Assembly (NCBI GenBank): GCA_023255625.1
Contig: JAHFLF010000001.1
Span: 431,771-495,770, forward strand
Origin: Candidatus Harrisonbacteria bacterium
GTDB lineage: Bacteria > Patescibacteriota > Minisyncoccia > UBA6257 > 1-14-0-10-44-23
DNA: 64,000 bases
Reading direction: 5' to 3'
Below, one piece after another: positions 9,833 through 18,860 of the stretch; the stretch's first letter is position 1; each line of letters opens with the position of its first letter. The notes beneath the pieces were generated by a model, which ran no database searches, was not told the DNA's origin, and saw only the letters and a program-made list of their open reading frames with translations. The translations under genes and the position numbers were made by a program.

Positions 9833-11347
9833 ATGATAAATCATCTGCAAAATCGGATCGGGAAACTGATCGGGGCATTTCGGGAGCGTTCTGGTATGAC
9901 GCAGGCGCAGCTTGCAAAAATTGTTGGTACGAGTCAAAGCGCTATTGCACGTATGGAGGATGGCGAGCAAAATTTTACGGTGGAAATGCTTGGGAAAATT
10001 TCCGGGGCGCTCAAGCGCGATATCATGACGCTTTCTAAAGGGACGGTTGATTTTGAAATTGAGGGCGGCAGGAAGTTGCACGGAACGGTTGTTACCAAAA
10101 CAAGCAAGAACGCTGCGGTTGGACTGCTCTGCGCCTCGCTTCTTAATAAAGGTACAACGACGCTTAAGAGCATGCCGAAGATTGAGGAGGTCAAACGGTT
10201 GATTGAGGTGCTGACGAGTATCGGCGTGGAAATAAGATGGGCTGGCGATGATTTAGAAATTCGCCCGCCGAAAAAGCTGGCGCTTGAGAAATTGAATGTC
10301 GTATCTGCGATTAAGACGCGTAGCATTATTATGTTTATCGGCCCGCTGATTCACCAATTAAAATCTTTTTCTCTGCCGCAGGTTGGGGGATGCAAGCTCG
10401 GCAGTCGCACAGTCCGCCCGCACTTTTTCGCACTGGAAAAACTCGGCGTGCAGATTGAGGCGCACAGCGACAGTTTTACGGTGAGTCATACAAAGCTTAA
10501 GCCGAATTACATTGTGCTGTACGAATCCGGCGACACCGTTACAGAAAATGTGCTGATGGCAGCCGCACTGATTCCGGGAACAACCACAATCAAATTTGCT
10601 TCGGCAAATTATCAGGTGCAGGACATGTGTCATTTTTTGCAGTTACTCGGGGTGCGCATAGAGGGGATTGGCACAACAACACTTGTGATTCACGGTGTTG
10701 CTTCTATTGATAAGGCGATTACCTATCACCCGAGCGAGGATCCGATTGAGTCCATGTTTTTCATTGCCGCCGCGGCCGTAACCAACTCGTCTATTGTTAT
10801 CAAGCGTTGCCCCATTGATTTTTTGGAGTTGGAGTTACTGAAGCTAGAAAAAATGGGTTGGAAGTTCAAGCTCTCGCCGCGGTACAAGGCGCGCAATGAC
10901 CACGCCGAGCTTGTAGATATCACGACACTGCCGAGTAAACTTGTGGCGCTGGAAGAAAAAATTGATTCGCGGCCGTTTCCTGGCATGAACATTGATAACC
11001 TGCCATTTTTTGCCGTGATTGCCACGCAGGCCGAGGGCCGCACGCTCATTCACGACTGGGTCTACGAAAAACGCGCTATCTATTATACGGAGTTAGATAA
11101 GTTGGGTGCGAATACTGTTTTAGCAGACAGCCACCGCGTGTTTATTCAGGGCAAGACTGATTTAAAAGCCGCTCAAGTCGTCTGCCCGCCGGCGCTCCGC
11201 CCCGCAACGATTATTTTGATCGGCATGCTTGCAGCAAGGGGGACTTCAATTCTGCGCAATGTGTATTCTATAAACCGCGGGTATGAGGATTTGGCGAATC
11301 GGCTCAATGAGCTGGGCGCGAAGATAAAGGTGTTGCGGGAGGCGTAA
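9833..11347 (+). CDS. murA: UDP-N-acetylglucosamine 1-carboxyvinyltransferase with N-terminal XRE-family HTH domain
   Basis: Residues ~20-65 form an HTH_3 pattern (MTQAQLAKIVGTSQSAIARMEDG). The rest aligns to MurA, including the catalytic Cys loop (QVGGCKLGSRTVRPH) and C-terminal INRGYEDLANRLNELGA. Confidence 0.85.
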   Translation: MINHLQNRIGKLIGAFRERSGMTQAQLAKIVGTSQSAIARMEDGEQNFTVEMLGKISGALKRDIMTLSKGTVDFEIEGGRKLHGTVVTKTSKNAAVGLLCASLLNKGTTTLKSMPKIEEVKRLIEVLTSIGVEIRWAGDDLEIRPPKKLALEKLNVVSAIKTRSIIMFIGPLIHQLKSFSLPQVGGCKLGSRTVRPHFFALEKLGVQIEAHSDSFTVSHTKLKPNYIVLYESGDTVTENVLMAAALIPGTTTIKFASANYQVQDMCHFLQLLGVRIEGIGTTTLVIHGVASIDKAITYHPSEDPIESMFFIAAAAVTNSSIVIKRCPIDFLELELLKLEKMGWKFKLSPRYKARNDHAELVDITTLPSKLVALEEKIDSRPFPGMNIDNLPFFAVIATQAEGRTLIHDWVYEKRAIYYTELDKLGANTVLADSHRVFIQGKTDLKAAQVVCPPALRPATIILIGMLAARGTSILRNVYSINRGYEDLANRLNELGAKIKVLREA

Positions 11348-11364
11348 TTTGATATAGTTGCTAT

Positions 11365-11799
11365 ATGAGTGGAGATTCATTAGATAAAAATTTGGGAAAT
11401 TCTGCGCCGCAACCTACGCCGGCGAAAGAGGCGGGTCCAGCGGAAAGGGCATCCCTTGAAATGCCACTTAGAACGATAGAGGGTGGTGGCGACTATAGTT
11501 TGGATTTTGCCTCTGACGAGGCCGCAGCAGAATTCGTCCGGGCATTTTGGGCACAAGTTGATAGTATTAGAGCTGCGCCGCCGGGTTCACAGATGCATGT
11601 GACAACTTATTTAAACAGTGGGATGTTTCTTCCGCTCAGGGAAATAACCGTAGGTTGTAGGACTGATACAGTAAGAACGACGGATGATAACGGCAGGACT
11701 CTGCGAAGAGTTATCGTTTGGAGCAATGGTACCAGAGGTGGATTGCAGCCATACGGAGTACAGGCGCTAAGAAATTTAGGCATAGAGGTTAAGAAGTAG
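11365..11799 (+). CDS. hypothetical protein
   Basis: ORF with reasonable codon usage between murA and an arsC-like gene; no recognisable motif. Confidence 0.4.
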   Translation: MSGDSLDKNLGNSAPQPTPAKEAGPAERASLEMPLRTIEGGGDYSLDFASDEAAAEFVRAFWAQVDSIRAAPPGSQMHVTTYLNSGMFLPLREITVGCRTDTVRTTDDNGRTLRRVIVWSNGTRGGLQPYGVQALRNLGIEVKK

Positions 11800-11805
11800 G
11801 TTTTT

Positions 11806-12225
11806 ATGAAAGTCTTATTTGTCTGTTGGGGAAATTCTGGGCGCAGCCAGTTCGCGGAAGCGTTTTTTGAAAAATTATCTTCTCGCCATCAGGTGAAAAG
11901 TGCCGGCACAAATGCTGATGAGCGCACCAAGCATTTCGGAACTGATCATGTGCCGGACATTGTTGCTGATGTTATGAACGAGGTCGGCGTTGACATGAGT
12001 GCGAAGCGCCGCAAGCAGCTGACAAAAGAGATGGCGGATGAGGCGGATATTATTATTGGAATTATTGATACACAGTTTTTGCCTGATTACATTTTGAAGT
12101 CGCCAAAATTTAGGCACTGGGATATACCTGATCCAAAAGGAACTGACGCAGCTTTTCATCGGAAGGTGCGTGACCAAGTCAAAAAGGAGGTTGAGAAATT
12201 GGCCCGTGAGATTGAGCGCGTGTGA
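11806..12225 (+). CDS. arsenate reductase / low-molecular-weight phosphotyrosine phosphatase family protein
   Basis: N-terminal CxGNxxRS P-loop (VCWGNSGRSQFAEAF), as in ArsC/LMW-PTP. Confidence 0.75.
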   Translation: MKVLFVCWGNSGRSQFAEAFFEKLSSRHQVKSAGTNADERTKHFGTDHVPDIVADVMNEVGVDMSAKRRKQLTKEMADEADIIIGIIDTQFLPDYILKSPKFRHWDIPDPKGTDAAFHRKVRDQVKKEVEKLAREIERV

Positions 12226-12239
12226 TGTTGCAATCTTCC

Positions 12240-12277
12240 CAGTATACTAAACCGACGGCCGTCGGTTTAGTATACTG
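12240..12277. terminator. perfect 17-bp palindrome, terminator-like hairpin
   Basis: cagtatactaaaccgacgg / ccgtcggtttagtatactg directly after the arsC-like gene. Confidence 0.6.
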
Positions 12278-12405
12278 TGGCAGCCTGTGAGGCGCGGACT
12301 GATGCGGGTTGATTTTGTATTTTGTGGCTGGTTTTGCTAGGATACCAGCACTTAATCGTGTATCGTATATCGTGTAACGCGAATCAGGATTCTGTTCCTA
12401 GCGCT

Positions 12406-12436
12406 ACACGCTACACGCTACACGCTACACGACTAT
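12406..12436. repeat. heptamer tandem repeat (GCTACAC/ACGCTAC) x4.4 abutting the mreB start codon
   Basis: gctacacgctacacgctacacgctacacgac ends 2 nt before the ATG at 12438. No obvious SD in between. Confidence 0.7.
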
Positions 12437-12437
12437 C

Positions 12438-13445
12438 ATGTTCATCCGCCGTATTGGAATTGATTTAGGCACCGCCAACACAATCGTGTTTGTGCCGGGC
12501 AAGGGGTTTGTGGTTAACGAGCCCACTATTGTCGCGCTCGGGCAACCGGATAATAAAGTTTTGGCGGTTGGAGCCGAGGCCAAAAATATGATTGGACGGA
12601 CACCAGCGGACATTATTGCGTATAAGCCGCTTAAAGATGGCGTCATTGCCGACTACTATATAACCAAGGCGATGCTTCGGTATTTTATCAGCAAAGCGAT
12701 TGGGCCGTGGAACATTATCAAACCCGATGTGGTTATCTCTGTGCCGGCCGGTATTACGCAAAACGAACGGCGCGCAGTGAATAATGCAACACGCGAGGCC
12801 GGCGCAAAAAATGTATATATTGTGCGCGAGCCGATTTTGGCGGCGCTTGGTGCGGATATTCCGATAAATTCGCACTCAGGCAACATGATCATCAACATTG
12901 GCGGCGGCACAAGCGAGGTGGCGGTTGTCTCGCTCGGCTCTATTGTCAGTTGGGCGAGCGCGCGCATCGCCGGCAACAAGTTTGATGCGGCCATCATGGA
13001 GTTTATTAAGAAAAAGTTTTCAGTCTATATTGGCGAGCAGACGGCTGAACAGGTAAAGATTGAGATTGGTTCGGCGCTCCCTATGAAGGAGAAGCTCTCA
13101 ATGAAGGTGCGTGGTCGCGATGCCTCGTCGGGGTTGCCAAAAGATATTACGGTTAATAGCAACGAAATTGCAGAGGCACTCAATCCGCTTCTTATTGATG
13201 TTGCGCAGAATGTGCAGACGGTTTTTAACGCAACTCCGCCGGAGTTGGTTGCTGATATTATGGAAAAAGGAATTATGATTTCTGGTGGCGGAGCGCATCT
13301 GCGAAACATTGATGAGTTTTTTAAACGCATGACCGGTGTCAGCTGCTATATCTCCGAGGAGCCGCTGTTTTGTGTGGCAAAGGGAACGGGATTAATTTTG
13401 GAGCATTTGGAGGTGTATAAGAGGACTTTGCTGAACAAGAGATAG
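12438..13445 (+). CDS. mreB: rod shape-determining protein MreB
   Basis: Actin-fold ATPase; N-terminal IGIDLGTANT and conserved MreB blocks throughout. Confidence 0.9.
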   Translation: MFIRRIGIDLGTANTIVFVPGKGFVVNEPTIVALGQPDNKVLAVGAEAKNMIGRTPADIIAYKPLKDGVIADYYITKAMLRYFISKAIGPWNIIKPDVVISVPAGITQNERRAVNNATREAGAKNVYIVREPILAALGADIPINSHSGNMIINIGGGTSEVAVVSLGSIVSWASARIAGNKFDAAIMEFIKKKFSVYIGEQTAEQVKIEIGSALPMKEKLSMKVRGRDASSGLPKDITVNSNEIAEALNPLLIDVAQNVQTVFNATPPELVADIMEKGIMISGGGAHLRNIDEFFKRMTGVSCYISEEPLFCVAKGTGLILEHLEVYKRTLLNKR

Positions 13446-13453
13446 CGTTTGTG

Positions 13454-13572
13454 TGCCCGTGCGCGATTATGTGAAGACGGCACCGGGCATATTTTTCTGG
13501 TGAAAAATCGGTCTATACTCTCGCGCCGTCGCGCTGCGAGAATTGCCGCTATCACATAATCGCGCACGGGCA
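13454..13572. repeat. structured repeat family 'GACGGCACC-core', copy A
   Basis: 21-bp flank pair tgcccgtgcgcgattatgtga / tcacataatcgcgcacgggca enclosing the core gacggcaccgggcatatttttctggtgaaaaatcggtctatactctcgcgccgtcgcgctgcgagaattgccgct. Starts 9 nt after the mreB stop. Confidence 0.7.
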
Positions 13573-13626
13573 GTTCTGCAATTTTGTTGTTAAAAATAAG
13601 TTTTTGGGGAGGAGGTGAGGGGAGGG

Positions 13627-13664
13627 GAAAAAAGAACGGCCCCGCGCGACGATGTCGCGCGGGG
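13627..13664 (-). terminator. rho-independent terminator (minus strand)
   Basis: Minus-strand stem ccccgcgcgac/gtcgcgcgggg followed by CCGTTCTTTTTT. Terminates the small Zn-ribbon ORF transcript. Confidence 0.6.
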
Positions 13665-13757
13665 TTCGTCCGCTGCAGAAGCGCTTCTGCGCACCCACCA
13701 CTTTTACGGCTCTAGCCGCAGGGCTCGGTGGCTCCCTTCAGATATATTCGCTCCGGG

Positions 13758-13922
13758 CTAGTACTCGGGCTCTGCCGCGAGTTCCGCGCGGAACTCGTCG
13801 TAGCACGGTTTGCATGCCTGGCCGGGCTCTTCCCCTCGTACCGACGAGGGGATTCGGTATCCTCCCTCGCCAGGAGGGATGTCGTGACCGCAGAAATCGC
13901 ACTTCTCCATGGGCTCCTCCAT
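13758..13922 (-). CDS. 54-aa CxxC..CxxC zinc-ribbon protein (MEEPMEKCDFCGHDI...CKPCYDEF...), hypothetical
   Basis: Hand-translated minus-strand ORF in a GC-rich island. GGAGGA precedes the second Met. Its own terminator lies downstream. Could instead be part of a structured RNA. Confidence 0.35.
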   Translation of the reverse strand: MEEPMEKCDFCGHDIPPGEGGYRIPSSVRGEEPGQACKPCYDEFRAELAAEPEY

Positions 13923-14015
13923 TTCCGAGTGAGTTGCTCGGAATATTTATATTATAGCATTAAAATATATAATTGTCAATATCCATTCAGCCCATAAATC
14001 CTGTATTATTCAAAC

Positions 14016-14801
14016 ATGGCGACCATTGCTTCACTAGAAAGAGATTTTAAAAATCTCGTTAAACATGAGGCGCTTGCGCAGGCGTATGTTTTGCATGGGC
14101 CGGGCGGGGCGGTGCAGTTTGAGTTTGCAAAGGGGCTGGCATATTTTTTAGAAACCGGAGACTGGGCTGGTCCAACTAACCAACTAACTAAGCAACCAAC
14201 TAACCAAATTTTGTTGGATGCAAAATTTGTTGACGGCACCGCGCAGGATTTGGGAGTTGATGTGACTCGTGAGTTTAGTGAATTTTTATATCGCCAGCCG
14301 GTGGCAAGTCCACGCAGGACACTGGTGATTAACAGCGCGGCTGAATTTACCGACCGGGCGCAGAATGCAATTTTAAAGATTGTTGAGGAGCCGCCAAGTC
14401 ATGCGCTGATTATTCTGACAGTTCGCGATGTGAATTCGCTGCTGCCGGCGCTGCGGTCGCGGTTGCAGAAGGTGTGGGTGGCTGCAAGCGGCACGCTGCA
14501 AGAATCAAGCGAGGAGAGGCGAGCCAATGAATTAGTTGAGCAGTTTTTTCTCTCTGCGCCTGGCGAGCGAAGTAAATTAGTGAAAGCACTGATTGACGAG
14601 GATAAAGAACTGAAAGAAAAAGAAATAAAAAGCGAGCAAATTGCAGATCACTTCGTGCGTGCGCTGATTGTCGAACTTGCCAAAAAGCCGGAGCAGAATT
14701 GGCAGGCGCTCAAGGAGTTATTAAAGCGCCAGACGGCCATGGGGGATTACACGACGAGCCGGAAGTTGCAGCTGGAGGCCGCGCTTCAGTATTTGAAATA
14801 A
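14016..14801 (+). CDS. holB: DNA polymerase III subunit delta'
   Basis: AAA+-like N-terminus and conserved NAILKIVEEPP ... LPALRSR block of HolB. Confidence 0.8.
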   Translation: MATIASLERDFKNLVKHEALAQAYVLHGPGGAVQFEFAKGLAYFLETGDWAGPTNQLTKQPTNQILLDAKFVDGTAQDLGVDVTREFSEFLYRQPVASPRRTLVINSAAEFTDRAQNAILKIVEEPPSHALIILTVRDVNSLLPALRSRLQKVWVAASGTLQESSEERRANELVEQFFLSAPGERSKLVKALIDEDKELKEKEIKSEQIADHFVRALIVELAKKPEQNWQALKELLKRQTAMGDYTTSRKLQLEAALQYLK

Positions 14802-14805
14802 GCAA

Positions 14806-14920
14806 CGATGCGAATATACTAATGTACAAATGATACGAATGTATACAAATGTTTCCGTTCCCTGTATATTCGTATTATTAGTATAATTTGTACGAATTTG
14901 TATATTTGCATCGCGCACTC
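14806..14920. repeat. ~110-nt imperfect AT-rich palindrome between holB and frr
   Basis: gatgcgaatatactaatgtacaaatgatacgaatgtatacaaatg ... mirrored by ...catttgtatacattcgtatcatttgtacattagtatattcgcatcg on the opposite strand. Contains a TATAAT-like box. Confidence 0.45.
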
Positions 14921-14923
14921 ATT

Positions 14924-15475
14924 ATGGATTCCATCCTCAAGGATTTTGAAAAGTCAGTCGCGGCAATACTTTCGGCTCTTTCCGGCGAGCTTGGTTCGGT
15001 GCGCACAAGCCGGCCGAGCCCGCAGCTGATTGAGGATTTGAAAATTGATTACATGGGGACTTTGATGGCCGTGAAGCAGCTTGGTTCAATCAGCATCATC
15101 CCGCCGCGGGAGATGGCGATTAGTTTGTGGGATGCCAGCGGCGTAACAATAGTTGCCAAGGCGCTGGAGGATGCAAAGCGGGGATTTACAGTTTCGGTGC
15201 GGGGCGGAGCAATCTATATTGCTTTGCCGCCACTTTCCCAGGAACGGCGCGATGAGATGAGCAAACTGGCAAAAAGTATAGCCGAGATATATCGGATTAA
15301 AATCCGCGGTGCTCGGGAATCGGCGAACAAGCAACTACAAGTGGGCAAGCAGGCAAAGACTTTGACTGAAGACATGGAGACGCGTGGCAAGAAAAAAGTT
15401 CAGGAGGTTACCGAGAAGGCAAACAAGGATATTGAAGCAGCAGTTGAGAAAAAAGTTAGGGAGATTGCTGAATAA
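14924..15475 (+). CDS. frr: ribosome recycling factor
   Basis: RRF family conservation throughout. Start taken at MDSILKDFEK; the track ORF begins 12 codons earlier. Confidence 0.9.
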   Translation: MDSILKDFEKSVAAILSALSGELGSVRTSRPSPQLIEDLKIDYMGTLMAVKQLGSISIIPPREMAISLWDASGVTIVAKALEDAKRGFTVSVRGGAIYIALPPLSQERRDEMSKLAKSIAEIYRIKIRGARESANKQLQVGKQAKTLTEDMETRGKKKVQEVTEKANKDIEAAVEKKVREIAE

Positions 15476-15476
15476 T

Positions 15477-15782
15477 ATGAGCAAGACGCCAGAGGAGACA
15501 CTGTCAGGGCCAGCAGAGGTTATCAAGAGAGGTTTGACTGATGCAAAGACCGGCCTTGGGCAGATTGAGGTAGAACGGGGGAATGTTGTTGGCACGGCTC
15601 TTGCTGCTCTGCAGCTTGCACGCGATATGATCCCGACTGATGATGCTGATTTACGCGCACGCATTGATACTATTGTGAGTATGAATGATTCCAGGCAGCG
15701 CGCAGCCGAGCCCATAAAAGACGAGGTGGTTGAGACTGTCCGCGGCTTGATTGACGAAGTTCTTGGTAAGTTGCAGGGTTAG
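15477..15782 (+). CDS. hypothetical 101-aa protein
   Basis: Starts 1 nt after the frr stop (MSKTPEETLS..). The longer track ORF 15384.. overlaps frr out of frame and is rejected. Confidence 0.45.
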   Translation: MSKTPEETLSGPAEVIKRGLTDAKTGLGQIEVERGNVVGTALAALQLARDMIPTDDADLRARIDTIVSMNDSRQRAAEPIKDEVVETVRGLIDEVLGKLQG

Positions 15783-15793
15783 ACATTTTACTT

Positions 15794-16840
15794 ATGATCA
15801 CCGGCATCATTTTATTTATTGGCATCTCATTACTTATCCTCGTTCACGAGCTCGGGCATTTTTTGAGTGCGAAGCAAGCGGGGATTAAAGTTGAAGAGTT
15901 TGGGTTTGGTTTTCCGCCGCGGATAAAAGGATGGCGACGCGGTGAGACGCTCTATAGTTTGAATTGGTTGCCATTTGGCGGGTTTGTGCGGATTTATGGC
16001 GAGAGTAAACATAAGCAAGAATTGATCGCGCAGGAGACGGGGGAAGTTATAGAAATAAAACGAACTTTTTTTGCGCAATCAGTGTGGCGGCGTTTCGTGG
16101 TTATTGCCGCCGGCATTGCGATTAATTTTATTGCCGGCTGGCTGCTGCTTTCCGCGGTTTATATGATCGGAGACTGGGTGCGAGTTGAGATAACCGAGGT
16201 GCAACCGGGAAGTCCGGCGGCTTTGATTGACCTGCGCGAGGGGGATGCACTCACGCAGTTTACGGTGGCTGATGAGTTTGTCGCTTTCACAAAAGCGCAT
16301 AAGGGCGAGACGGTGAAAGTTGAAATTTTGCGCGACGGGATTTCTCTACAGAAGCAAGTGACGCTTCGGGCGCAACCAAAAGAGGGCGAGGGCGCGCTCG
16401 GTGCTGCGGTTTCTGACTTTGGTTTTCCGCGGCTGGGATTTGGCCGGGCGCTCGTAAAAGGATTTTCTGATTCAGTCGGTATGCTGGCTGATATTTTTCG
16501 TGCGCTTGGCAATCTGGTTGGTCAGATTTTTAGTCATGGAACATTGCCGGGCGATGTTGTTGGGCCGGTTGGTATCTTCAGCATGGCGGGGGAGTTTGGC
16601 AAACTTGGTTTTGTGTATGTGATTCAGGTGCTTGCCATGATCTCGCTCAACCTTGCCGCTCTTAACGCCTTACCGATTCCTGCGCTTGATGGCGGTCGTA
16701 TTCTTTTTCTAATTATAGAAAAAATAAAGGGCTCACCGATTGCGCCCAAGCGTGAGTTTTTCGCAAACATTATCAGCTTCGGCCTTTTAATTATTCTGAT
16801 GATTTTTATTACCGGACGAGATATAGTGCGACTGTTCTAA
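15794..16840 (+). CDS. rseP: RIP zinc metalloprotease RseP (site-2 protease, M50) with PDZ domain
   Basis: N-terminal TM with HELGH motif, central PDZ-like region, C-terminal LDGG motif region. Confidence 0.9.
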   Translation: MITGIILFIGISLLILVHELGHFLSAKQAGIKVEEFGFGFPPRIKGWRRGETLYSLNWLPFGGFVRIYGESKHKQELIAQETGEVIEIKRTFFAQSVWRRFVVIAAGIAINFIAGWLLLSAVYMIGDWVRVEITEVQPGSPAALIDLREGDALTQFTVADEFVAFTKAHKGETVKVEILRDGISLQKQVTLRAQPKEGEGALGAAVSDFGFPRLGFGRALVKGFSDSVGMLADIFRALGNLVGQIFSHGTLPGDVVGPVGIFSMAGEFGKLGFVYVIQVLAMISLNLAALNALPIPALDGGRILFLIIEKIKGSPIAPKREFFANIISFGLLIILMIFITGRDIVRLF

Positions 16841-16858
16841 AATACGATTCATTTAATT

Positions 16859-16908
16859 ATTTCTGACTATGTTACAGTGTACTAGTACACTGTAACATAG
16901 TCAGAAAT
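16859..16908. repeat. 50-nt perfect palindrome
   Basis: atttctgactatgttacagtgtac tag tacactgtaacatagtcagaaat, immediately after rseP. Confidence 0.7.
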
Positions 16909-16963
16909 CAAAGACCGAAATGATGAGAGAGTAGAGAGGCGTGGAAAAGAATAATTTTGTTTC

Positions 16964-17005
16964 ATAAAAATAGTGCGAGCCGTCCCAAGTTCATCGGGAC
17001 GGCTC
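16964..17005 (-). terminator. rho-independent terminator (minus strand)
   Basis: Minus-strand stem gagccgtccc/gggacggctc plus GCACTATTTTTATG, downstream of the small TM ORF. Confidence 0.55.
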
Positions 17006-17097
17006 GGCGGTTGCGCCCGTTGGTTCGTCACGGCTTGACGGGTCGGGCGATGGCACGCCAGAAGCTCCTGGGGCCGCACTTCGGCGGACGCCGCGAA

Positions 17098-17262
17098 TCA
17101 CTTCACCTCCGTGCCGGCTGGGGTCGCGATACCGGCGTGGGGTGTCTTGGGGCGCGCCGCAACGCTTACCCAGATCACGATCGCGAGTAGAACGATCACG
17201 ACCACTCCCTGAACCCAGTCTCCAGACTCCGGTTCATGGTCTTCGATTTGGACCGGGTCCAT
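17098..17262 (-). CDS. 54-aa single-TM protein (MDPVQIEDHEPESGDWVQGVVVIVLLAIVIWVSVAARPK...), hypothetical
   Basis: Hand-translated minus-strand ORF in a GC-rich island with a terminator just downstream. Alternative plus-strand track ORFs look low complexity. Confidence 0.3.
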   Translation of the reverse strand: MDPVQIEDHEPESGDWVQGVVVIVLLAIVIWVSVAARPKTPHAGIATPAGTEVK

Positions 17263-17527
17263 TTTCGTATACGCCGATTTCTCGACGCCTCCATATTGCC
17301 GCTGGGCGGGTTTGCCCAGTTTTTAAACTTTATACTGAAATTTTGAAAAGTCAATATTCGTATTTATTTCGGAAGTCTTATACAATAAGATTCTGGATTC
17401 AGGGTGAGATTCTTCGCTTTGATCAGAATGACGGACAGGGGATGGATTGCCACGGTGGGATAGACTCCCGCCCATTACTATGGGCGAGGCTCGCCCCAAA
17501 GGGGCGGCGCAATGACAGACTGAAAAT

Positions 17528-18781
17528 ATGAAACAAAGCCAGCTATTTACAAAAACTCGCAGAGAGCCACCAAGCGATGAGGTCGCAAAAAACGCGCAGC
17601 TTTTGATTCGTGCCGGATATATTCACAAAGAGATGGCGGGAGTGTACGCGTACCTTCCTTTGGGTTTGCGCGTTCTGAATAATGTTTCCAGAATTATTCG
17701 CGAAGAGATGAATGCCATCGGCGGCATTGAGATTCAGATGACCGCGCTGCAGGACAAAGAGAAGTGGGTCAAGAGTAATCGGTGGGATGACGCCGTGGTT
17801 GATGTATGGTTTAAGACTGCGCTCAAAAATGATGCTCAACTTGGTCTTGGTTTCACGCACGACGAAGCGCTGATTGATATTTTGAAAAATTATATTGCCT
17901 CGTACAAAGACCTGCCCCGGTATATTTATCAGATCCAGACAAAATTTCGCAATGAACTGCGTTCCAAAAGCGGCATTATGCGCGGACGCGAGTTTTTGAT
18001 GAAAGATCTGTATTCTTTTACTCGCACACAGCAGGAGCTTGATGCATTTTATGAAAAGGTCCAGCGGGCGTATCACAATGTGTTTCGCCGTTGCGGTATC
18101 GGCGACTCCACCTATCTTACATTCTCAAGCGGAGGAACATTCAGCCAGTTTTCGCATGAGTTCCAAACTATTTCTGATGCAGGCGAGGATGTTATTTATG
18201 TTGATCAGGCAAAAAAGATTGCTGTGAATAAAGATGTACTGAATGACGAGGTGCTTAAAGGTTTGGGGCTTACACGATCTAACCTGGTTGAAAAAAAGGC
18301 AATTGAAGTTGGCAATATTTTTCGGCAGGGAACTCGTTTTACCGATGCGCTTGGCGTGTATTACGCTGACGAAAAAGGTGAGCGGCAGTCTTTATATATG
18401 GGCGGGTATGGGATTGGCGTGAGTCGTGTTGTTGGCACTATCGTTGAGGTGCTGGCTGATGACAAAGGATTAGTTTGGCCCAAAGAGGTGGCGCCATTTG
18501 CGGTGCACCTTATCGCAATCGCGGGGAAAAGCGGAGAGAAGGTCAGTGCTGCCGCCGATAATTTGTACGCTGATTTAGAGAAAGCCGGCGTTGAGGTTTT
18601 GTATGATGATCGCGATGTTTCGGCCGGCGGAAAATTAGCGGATGCTGATCTGATTGGTATTCCGACGCGCATTGTTATTTCTGAAAAGACCCTAGAAAAA
18701 GATTCTGTAGAGGTTAAAGAGCGGGCGAGCGGAGAGACGAAGATGGTGGCGCTTTCAGTTGCGATAGATCATTTTGCTTAG
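17528..18781 (+). CDS. proS: proline--tRNA ligase, short form lacking the editing (INS) domain
   Basis: Class II aaRS motifs, ProRS-type N-terminus (LLIRAGYIHKEMAGVYAYLPLG) and C-terminal anticodon-binding domain. 417 aa versus ~570 for INS-containing enzymes. Confidence 0.9.
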   Translation: MKQSQLFTKTRREPPSDEVAKNAQLLIRAGYIHKEMAGVYAYLPLGLRVLNNVSRIIREEMNAIGGIEIQMTALQDKEKWVKSNRWDDAVVDVWFKTALKNDAQLGLGFTHDEALIDILKNYIASYKDLPRYIYQIQTKFRNELRSKSGIMRGREFLMKDLYSFTRTQQELDAFYEKVQRAYHNVFRRCGIGDSTYLTFSSGGTFSQFSHEFQTISDAGEDVIYVDQAKKIAVNKDVLNDEVLKGLGLTRSNLVEKKAIEVGNIFRQGTRFTDALGVYYADEKGERQSLYMGGYGIGVSRVVGTIVEVLADDKGLVWPKEVAPFAVHLIAIAGKSGEKVSAAADNLYADLEKAGVEVLYDDRDVSAGGKLADADLIGIPTRIVISEKTLEKDSVEVKERASGETKMVALSVAIDHFA

Positions 18782-18851
18782 CGGTTGGCCATATATTTTT
18801 ACAGCCGGGCTCATCGCAAGCGAATGGCTGTAAAAATATATGGCCAACCGC
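18781..18851. repeat. long hairpin H2 (GGGCTCA-loop family)
   Basis: cggttggccatatatttttacagcc [gggctcatcgcaagcgaatgg] ctgtaaaaatatatggccaaccg. Confidence 0.7.
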
Positions 18852-18860
18852 TACCTTTGG

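Noticed and set aside
13652-13997. Plus-strand track ORFs 13652..13957 and 13728..13997 in the GC-rich island
   Set aside because: Low-complexity Arg/Pro/Gly-rich translations with no start context. The minus strand carries a cleaner small ORF with RBS and terminator.
15384-15476. Upstream part of track ORF 15384..15782 overlapping the frr 3' end
   Set aside because: Out-of-frame overlap of ~90 nt with frr, consisting of Arg/Lys-rich spurious translation. Real start taken at 15477.
17380-17527. Possible T-box leader upstream of proS (structured, GC-rich 5' region)
   Set aside because: No T-box consensus (AATTAGGGTGGTACCGCG-like) or specifier-loop arrangement found. The region is better explained by the minus-strand small ORF/terminator island.
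16957-17531. Plus-strand track ORFs 16957..17190 and 17142..17531
   Set aside because: Same reasoning: compositionally driven open frames across a GC-rich, hairpin-rich region. The second would overlap the proS promoter/RBS.
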